A DNA stretch of 64,000 bases, taken from the NCBI GenBank assembly GCA_964388115.1, contig CAYLYK010000006.1:10001-74000 (forward strand). Reading direction: 5' to 3'. Source of the DNA: an uncultured Hyphomicrobiales bacterium. GTDB taxonomy: Bacteria; Pseudomonadota; Alphaproteobacteria; Reyranellales; JAQSWP01. Shown here one piece after another: positions 58,191 to 64,000 of the stretch (position 1 is its first letter; each line of letters begins with the position of its first letter). A model generated the notes under the pieces. It ran no database searches and was not told where the DNA came from. It saw only the letters and a list, made by a program, of their open reading frames with translations. Position numbers and translations under genes: made by a program.

Positions 58191-59179
58191 AGCTCGCGTC
58201 GCTGAAGGCCGGCGGCCGCGATGGCACGCTGGTGGTGGTCGATCGCGAGCTGAAACGGGCGATTGCCGTGCCGCATATCGCCCGCACCCTGCAAAGCACG
58301 ATCGAGCATTGGGACGTGCTGGCGCCCGAGTTGCAGGCGGTTTCCGACCGCCTCAATGCCGGCAGGCTGGCCGACGAGATCGTCTTCGATCCGGCCAAAA
58401 CTGCAGCGCCCCTGCCACGCGCGTATCAGTGGGTCGATGGATCGGCCTATGTCGTGCATGTCGAACTTGTGCGCAAGGCGCGCGGCGTCGAACTGCCGGC
58501 CAATTTCTGGACCGATCCGCTGATGTACCAGGGCGGCTCCGACAAGTTTATTGGCCCGACCGACGACATCGAGGCGACCAGCGAGGATTGGGGCATCGAT
58601 TTCGAGGCTGAGGTCTGCGTGATTACCGACGACGTTCCAATGGGCACGACGCCGGCGCAGGCTAAGAAGCACATCAAGCTGGTGCTGCTGGCCAACGACG
58701 TATCCGCGCGCCTGCTCATTCCCAACGAGCTGAACAAGGGATTCGGCTTCCTGCACGGCAAGCCCGCGACGGCGTTCTCGCCCGTTGCCGTGACTCCGGA
58801 CGAGTTCGGCGGTGCCTGGGATGGCACGCGGGTGCAGCTGCCGCTGGTCTCGACCTATAACGGCAAGCTGTTTGGCAAGCCGGAAGCGGGTGTCGACATG
58901 ACGTTCGATTTCCCGACCTTGATCGCGCATGCAGCCACGACGCGTCATCTGGGGGCTGGGACCATCGTCGGGTCGGGAACTGTGGCCAACAAGGATCGCA
59001 GCGTCGGCTCGTCCTGCCTGGCCGAGCGGCGCATGATCGAGACCATCGAGCAGGGCAAGCCCGTGACGCCGTTCATGAAGTTCGGCGATCGCATCCGTAT
59101 CGAAATGCTGGATCGCGCCGGAAAATCGGTGCTGGGCGCCATTGATCAGAAAGTCGTCAAATACACGCCGCCGAAGTAA
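58187..59179 (+). CDS. Fumarylacetoacetate hydrolase (FAH) family protein
   Basis: 330 aa with an FAH-fold C-terminal domain (DFEAEVCVITDD..., GTIVGSGTV). The start overlaps the hmgA stop (ATGA). Confidence 0.87.
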   Translation: MKLASLKAGGRDGTLVVVDRELKRAIAVPHIARTLQSTIEHWDVLAPELQAVSDRLNAGRLADEIVFDPAKTAAPLPRAYQWVDGSAYVVHVELVRKARGVELPANFWTDPLMYQGGSDKFIGPTDDIEATSEDWGIDFEAEVCVITDDVPMGTTPAQAKKHIKLVLLANDVSARLLIPNELNKGFGFLHGKPATAFSPVAVTPDEFGGAWDGTRVQLPLVSTYNGKLFGKPEAGVDMTFDFPTLIAHAATTRHLGAGTIVGSGTVANKDRSVGSSCLAERRMIETIEQGKPVTPFMKFGDRIRIEMLDRAGKSVLGAIDQKVVKYTPPK

Positions 59180-59207
59180 GGTGCGCGGTCCTCAAGGGGA
59201 GGGATTG

Positions 59208-59852
59208 GTGAAACTTCACGGCTATTTCCGCTCGTCGGCGGCATTTCGCGTCCGCATCGCGCTCAATCTCAAAGGCATCGCCTACGAGGATATTTTCCAC
59301 CACCTGCGCAAGGGCGAGCATCTGAAACCGGAATATGCCGCGATCAATCCGCAAAAGCTGTTGCCGGCGCTACAGCTCGACGATGACAGCATCCTGACTC
59401 AGTCGCTGGCGATTATGGAGTATCTCGAGGAAACGCAGCCCAACCCACCACTACTGCCACGCGATCCTATCGGCCGTGCGCGCGTGCGGGCGCTGGCCAT
59501 GATCCCGGCCTGCGAGATTCATCCGCTGCAGAATTTGCGCGTGTTGAAGCATGTGCGCGAGACCTACGGCCAGGACGAGGCGGGCAGCTTCGCCTGGGCG
59601 CGGCACTGGAACGAGGTCGGCTTGCAGGCTTACGAGGATATGCTGACCAGGACTGCCGGCACCGGCCGATATTCCCATGGCGATATGCCCACGCTTGCCG
59701 ATACCTGTCTGGTGCCACAGGTGATCGGTGCCAAGCGATTCGGCGTCGATCTGGCGCGTTACCCGACCGTGATGAAGGTTTTTGACGCTTGCATGAAGCT
59801 CGATGCCTTCGATCGCTCCCAGCCATCAAAACAGCCTGACTTCGAGGTCTGA
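59208..59852 (+). CDS. maiA: Maleylacetoacetate isomerase (GST zeta class)
   Basis: GTG start at 59208 after AAGGGGAGGGA. KLHGYFRSSAAFRVRIALNLKG...INPQKLLPAL...SLAIMEYLEE are zeta-class signatures. Confidence 0.9.
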   Translation: MKLHGYFRSSAAFRVRIALNLKGIAYEDIFHHLRKGEHLKPEYAAINPQKLLPALQLDDDSILTQSLAIMEYLEETQPNPPLLPRDPIGRARVRALAMIPACEIHPLQNLRVLKHVRETYGQDEAGSFAWARHWNEVGLQAYEDMLTRTAGTGRYSHGDMPTLADTCLVPQVIGAKRFGVDLARYPTVMKVFDACMKLDAFDRSQPSKQPDFEV

Positions 59853-59931
59853 TTTCCTGCGCAATCCATATTGCGATTGTGCTGGGTGCTATGCCGGGTG
59901 AACATCGATGCTTCCTTTTGAGAGGCGGTCG

Positions 59932-61716
59932 ATGACAGGTCGGAAGATTTCTTTGATTGCGGCTGCGGTCGTCGTTGCCCTTGGCGCAGTGGCGGCCGGC
60001 GGCTATTTCGCCGTCCAGTCCCGGATCCAGGCTCAGATCGAGGACGGGTTGCGGCAACTCGCCGCCAACCCGCCGCCGCCTTATCGCGCGGTCGGCTACG
60101 ACAAGGTCGACTTCACGCTGCATGACCGGCGTCTGGTCATCACCGGCCTGAAAGCGGAACCGGGGGACAGCGGCGATCGCATCAGCCTGGCGCGGCTGGA
60201 ACTGGAGCAATTCGATCCGGACGTCTGGCAACAGGCGGTGGGGCCCAGACCGGCAGAGGCAAAGCTCGATTCGACGTTTCGCCGCCTGTTCGACAAGGCC
60301 GTTGTCAGCGATCTTTCGAGCGTGCAGGGCGGCCAGCCCGGCAAGGCCGATCGAGCGACCATAACCGGTGTCGATATCCGTCCCATCCCGGCGCAGGCTG
60401 TCGCCACTTTCCGCGCGCTCTCGCCGACCGAGCGGATGAAGGAGATTCTGTCCTATGTGCGCGTCGATTCCGTCGCCGTGGAAGGTGTGCGCACCGTATC
60501 GGCCGGGCGTGAACTGACGTTCAGCCGCGGCGAGATACAGGGGCTGCGCGATGATCGTTTCAAGTCGATGGTATTCGAGAAACTGGCGCACGATCAGCCC
60601 GATGGCAAATTCAGCCTGGGCCGTTTCGAGCTGCGCGATGGGATCAGTAGCATGTGGTTCAGTCCGGTCGAAACCAAGACGGCCGGCGAGAAGCTATCCT
60701 ACTTCGATTTTTCGGCGCTCAAGCTTGCCGATCTTCGCAAGGGCGATTCACTGCTCAAGGAAAGCGAGTTTTCCATTCAGACGGCGGAAATCGGTTCGAT
60801 CAATCGCCAGAAGTTCGAAAGTCTGCTTATCCGTGGCATACGGGTTGTCGATATCAGTGCGGCGACCCCTATTTCAGTCAGCGTTGCCAGCGTGGAACTG
60901 CGCGACCTGGATTGGGGGCAAATACTGCCTGTGGCAGCGCGGATTCTGGCTGACGACACGACGGACGGGCCCCAAAGCTGGGGGCAAATCGGCAAGCTGC
61001 GCTATTCGCTCGGCAAGCTGTCGCTCGACGGCATGGATTTCGGTCCGGGTGTGACTGTCGCCAATGCCTCGATGCGCTTCCAGAACGACAATGGAACCGG
61101 CGATGTCGACTTTACCCTGACGGATTTGCTGATCAACGCGGCCGATCTGCGGGACCGCAACATGGCTGCCGGGTTGGTTGGGTTTGGCTACGGCACACTT
61201 AATCTGTCGATGCGCACGCGTGTGACGGGCGAGCGCGAAGGGGGAAAAGCTGCGCTGGAAACCTTCGAGGTCTTCGGCCCGGACGTCGGCAAGCTCTCCG
61301 CCAGCTATGTCGTCAGCAATTACCGGGAAGCGGCTGCGGGCGGCGATCCGATGGCACAGCTCCTGGCGGCCAATGTCGATCGCGTCGAGATCGCCTGGCT
61401 GGACGCTGGACTGACCCCGCGCGCGCTTGCCGCTGCAGCGCGGCAGCAGCGTGCCACCATTGTCCAACTCAAGGCGGGGCTCGCCGCCCAATTGCGACAG
61501 ATGATGGCGCCTTATCGCAATTCGCCGCGCGTGATCGAGGTGGGAGAAGCGGCCTTGCGCTACCTCGACAAGCCTGGCGCGCTGGCCATCAGCGCCAAAC
61601 CCGCCCGTCCGGTGCCGGTGATTGAAGTCGTAGCGCTGTTGGATGCGCCACCTGACCGGCAGCCCGATCTGCCGGCCCTGTTTGATCTGTTGGAGATCAC
61701 CGCCACCGCGCGGTGA
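59932..61716 (+). CDS. Hypothetical membrane-anchored (N-terminal TM) large periplasmic protein
   Basis: 594 aa from ATG 59932 (GAGAGG SD); an alternative ATG lies at 59908. Single N-terminal helix ISLIAAAVVVALGAVAAGGYFAV. No motif recognised. Confidence 0.65.
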   Translation: MTGRKISLIAAAVVVALGAVAAGGYFAVQSRIQAQIEDGLRQLAANPPPPYRAVGYDKVDFTLHDRRLVITGLKAEPGDSGDRISLARLELEQFDPDVWQQAVGPRPAEAKLDSTFRRLFDKAVVSDLSSVQGGQPGKADRATITGVDIRPIPAQAVATFRALSPTERMKEILSYVRVDSVAVEGVRTVSAGRELTFSRGEIQGLRDDRFKSMVFEKLAHDQPDGKFSLGRFELRDGISSMWFSPVETKTAGEKLSYFDFSALKLADLRKGDSLLKESEFSIQTAEIGSINRQKFESLLIRGIRVVDISAATPISVSVASVELRDLDWGQILPVAARILADDTTDGPQSWGQIGKLRYSLGKLSLDGMDFGPGVTVANASMRFQNDNGTGDVDFTLTDLLINAADLRDRNMAAGLVGFGYGTLNLSMRTRVTGEREGGKAALETFEVFGPDVGKLSASYVVSNYREAAAGGDPMAQLLAANVDRVEIAWLDAGLTPRALAAAARQQRATIVQLKAGLAAQLRQMMAPYRNSPRVIEVGEAALRYLDKPGALAISAKPARPVPVIEVVALLDAPPDRQPDLPALFDLLEITATAR

Positions 61717-61720
61717 GCAG

Positions 61721-62449
61721 CTATTTCTTCCGCGCCTGCGCCACCATCTCGCGCAACTGTTCGATCGGCAAGGCGCCGGGGGCGAACTGATCGCCGATAA
61801 CGAAGGCTGGCGTGCCGTCGACACCCAGCGAGGCGGCAAGTTTCAGATTGCGGTCGATGGCGCCCTGGATATCCGGCGAGTCCATGTCCTTTTCGAGCTT
61901 GGCCACATCGAGCTTCAGTTCCTTGGCCAGCGCCAGCACCCGGTCCTTCGTGAGCTTGCCGCGCGCTTCCATCAGCGCGTTGTGCAGTTCGACATACTTG
62001 CCTTGCTTGTTCGCCGCCAGCGCGCCGGCGGCCGCAATGCGCGATTCGGGCGCCAGGATCGGCAGTTCCTTGTAGACGATGCGCAAATTCTTGTCCTCGC
62101 GGATCAGGGTCAGCATGGGCTCGTGCACTTGCTTGCAATAGCCGCAGTGATAGTCGAAGAACTCGACCAGCGTGACGTCACCTTTGGCATTGCCGCCAAC
62201 CGGTGTCGCCCCGTCTTCGAACAGTTCCTTCTTGTGGGCCTCTATCGCCTTGCTCGAAGCCTCATTGGCGGCCATCTCCTGTCGCCGACGCAACTCGTTC
62301 ATCGCTTCGACCAGAACTTCGGGATTCTGGATCAGGTATTCGCGCACGATCTTCTCGATCGCCACGCGGTCGGGCGCTGAGGAAGTTTGCGCCAGGGCAG
62401 GGAAGGCAACCAGGCAGGCGAACAGACCGGCAATCAGGCGAGTGAACAT
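61721..62449 (-). CDS. DsbA-family periplasmic thiol:disulfide oxidoreductase
   Basis: 242 aa with a signal peptide. Thioredoxin-fold active site FFDYHCGYCKQ. Confidence 0.88.
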   Translation of the reverse strand: MFTRLIAGLFACLVAFPALAQTSSAPDRVAIEKIVREYLIQNPEVLVEAMNELRRRQEMAANEASSKAIEAHKKELFEDGATPVGGNAKGDVTLVEFFDYHCGYCKQVHEPMLTLIREDKNLRIVYKELPILAPESRIAAAGALAANKQGKYVELHNALMEARGKLTKDRVLALAKELKLDVAKLEKDMDSPDIQGAIDRNLKLAASLGVDGTPAFVIGDQFAPGALPIEQLREMVAQARKK

Positions 62450-62534
62450 TCGATCTCCGTGGGGTTGCGGTCAGTGTAATCGGCAGGCCTGTCTGAAGCA
62501 AAGCGGCGCCCAATCACGTTGCCGCGAGACTGTT

Positions 62535-63902
62535 CTAGTTCTTCTTCGGTCTTTCGGCGAGAAACTTGATGTCCTGCGCCCTTTGATAGGCCGGCGTGCC
62601 GAACTTCAAGCCGCGTTCGGCAGCGGTGGCGTGGCGCAGCGCATCGACGCGGTCGCCGCGGGCATAAGCCAGTTCCGCCAGCGCCAGCGAACGCATGCCG
62701 ATATTGCCGGTGCGGTCATAGATCATCGACATCTGCCGCCAGTAACCGCCGTCGCGCTCGTTCTGCTCGACGCTTTCGAGCAATTTTTGCGCCCGAATCA
62801 ATTGCGCCTGATCCGGATTCTGCAGCAGCGCCTGAGCCAGTTCGATCTTGATCAGTCCGGAGCGGGGCAAAAGCGCGACGGCGCGCTCGTAAGACGGAAT
62901 CGATTCGGCCACACGCTGGTTCTCGAACAGAATCTGTCCGCGCAATTCGTGAAAATAGGGGTCGTTCGGCATCTGCCGGATCAGGCCGTCTATCAAACCT
63001 ATCGCTTCCGGCAGGTTGCCGGAGCGGTAATGGGCGATCGAACGGGCATAGCGCCCGGGAACGCTGTTGTCGCTGGGCGGATATTTTCGCAGCGCCTGAG
63101 CCGGGTCGATGAAACCGTAGAGCTTGGCGACGATGCGCTCATGCATCATCTCAAGCTGCGGTGATACGGGGACTTTGGTGAAGCGGGACGTTTCGACATG
63201 CTGGCGCAGGAAAGCCACCCGCTCCTGAGTGAGCGGATGCGTGCGCAAATAGGGATCCGGCCGCAGCCCTGCCACCATCTCCTGCTGCAGCAGCATCGAG
63301 CTGAAATCGAGCAAGCCCTGCGAAGACTGGCCGATGCGATCGAGCAACGTCACCGCAGCCTGGTCCGCCGACTGCTCCTGGCTGCGCGTGTACGCAAAGA
63401 GACTGCGCTGGGCGACACCGACTGGCGGGCCGCCGGTGCGGTTCGTGCCGGTTTGCGCCCCCCCGGCGGCCGAACCGGCAATCGCCGCGGCGGTCAGCAG
63501 CATCTCGAGAATGTTCTCGATGGTCGCGTTCTCAAGCTGCTCCTGCAGCCGCGCCAGATGGCCGCCCGCGATATGGCCGGTCTCGTGGGCGATGACACCC
63601 TGCACCTGGCCGGCGCTGGTCGCCTTCATGATCAGTCCGGTGAACAGGAACAGCCGCTGGCCGCCGGCGACGAAGGCGTTGAGCGAAGGATCGTTCACGA
63701 TGTGGACGCTGACCGCGTCGTTCTCCAGTCCGGCCGCTTCCAACAGCGGCTTGGCATAGGTGCGAATGGCATTTTCGATTTCGGCATCGCGGATTAATGA
63801 TAACCTGCCTTGCTGCGCCGAAGCCGCTTGCCACAGCGCCGCTGTCGGCGTCATCAGCGCCGCCAAGGCCAGAATTGCAACGATGCGCCGGAAGAAAATC
63901 AT
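62535..63902 (-). CDS. M48 family metallopeptidase with C-terminal TPR domain (BepA-like architecture)
   Basis: HETGHIAGGH (HExxH) in the N-terminal half, TPR-like helices in the C-terminal half. Signal peptide from ATG 63902 (MIFFRRIVAILALAALM...). The track ORF extends to TTG 63923. Confidence 0.87.
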   Translation of the reverse strand: MIFFRRIVAILALAALMTPTAALWQAASAQQGRLSLIRDAEIENAIRTYAKPLLEAAGLENDAVSVHIVNDPSLNAFVAGGQRLFLFTGLIMKATSAGQVQGVIAHETGHIAGGHLARLQEQLENATIENILEMLLTAAAIAGSAAGGAQTGTNRTGGPPVGVAQRSLFAYTRSQEQSADQAAVTLLDRIGQSSQGLLDFSSMLLQQEMVAGLRPDPYLRTHPLTQERVAFLRQHVETSRFTKVPVSPQLEMMHERIVAKLYGFIDPAQALRKYPPSDNSVPGRYARSIAHYRSGNLPEAIGLIDGLIRQMPNDPYFHELRGQILFENQRVAESIPSYERAVALLPRSGLIKIELAQALLQNPDQAQLIRAQKLLESVEQNERDGGYWRQMSMIYDRTGNIGMRSLALAELAYARGDRVDALRHATAAERGLKFGTPAYQRAQDIKFLAERPKKN

Positions 63903-64000
63903 GTCGATGTGCCTCACCGTCAAACCTAGTGCTGCCCCCCTCGATCGTCAAACTCACCTGATCCATAAATCCGGCTCTTTTGTGACGTCGGTTCTGGCTT

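Overview
This is a densely coding, high-GC chromosomal segment with an alphaproteobacterial gene repertoire (MipZ, an NDUFA12-like protein, DUF1489, DUF2155, phasin, class II NrdJ, ClpS/ClpA). I call about 60 protein-coding genes. I saw no rRNA, tRNA, CRISPR array, transposase, integrase or recognisable phage or defence genes. All calls rest on reading the ORF translations for known motifs; no database search was possible. Most of the window is core metabolism and envelope housekeeping:
- a leucine-catabolic liu cluster (liuA at the left edge, liuBCDE at 10.5-15.9 kb), plus thiolase/SDR/acyl-CoA dehydrogenase genes;
- alpha-2-macroglobulin + PbpC;
- galU-ugd-phosphoglucomutase;
- clpS-clpA;
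- nrdJ;
- aroQ-accB-accC-aat;
- a MarR-controlled tyrosine/homogentisate pathway (hppD-hmgA-fah-maiA).

The least ordinary parts are:
1. An orphan outer-membrane module at 6.7-9.6 kb. A TPR + roughly 14-strand beta-barrel protein is translationally coupled to secreted FecR-domain paralogues, with no sigma factor or TonB receptor nearby. This is a Slam/type XI secretion-like candidate and my best guess for an undescribed system, but it is an inference only.
2. An unannotated 22-codon Lys/Ala-rich ORF with a strong SD at 45531-45599. Two stable hairpins follow it, and one sequesters the SD of the downstream RidA gene.
3. A translationally coupled VWA + membrane J-domain (DjlA-like) pair.
4. Clear PhaR-type CTGC-N3-GCAG operators flanking a sigma70-like phasin promoter.

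Many long ORFs in the supplied track are antisense shadow ORFs typical of high-GC DNA and were rejected.
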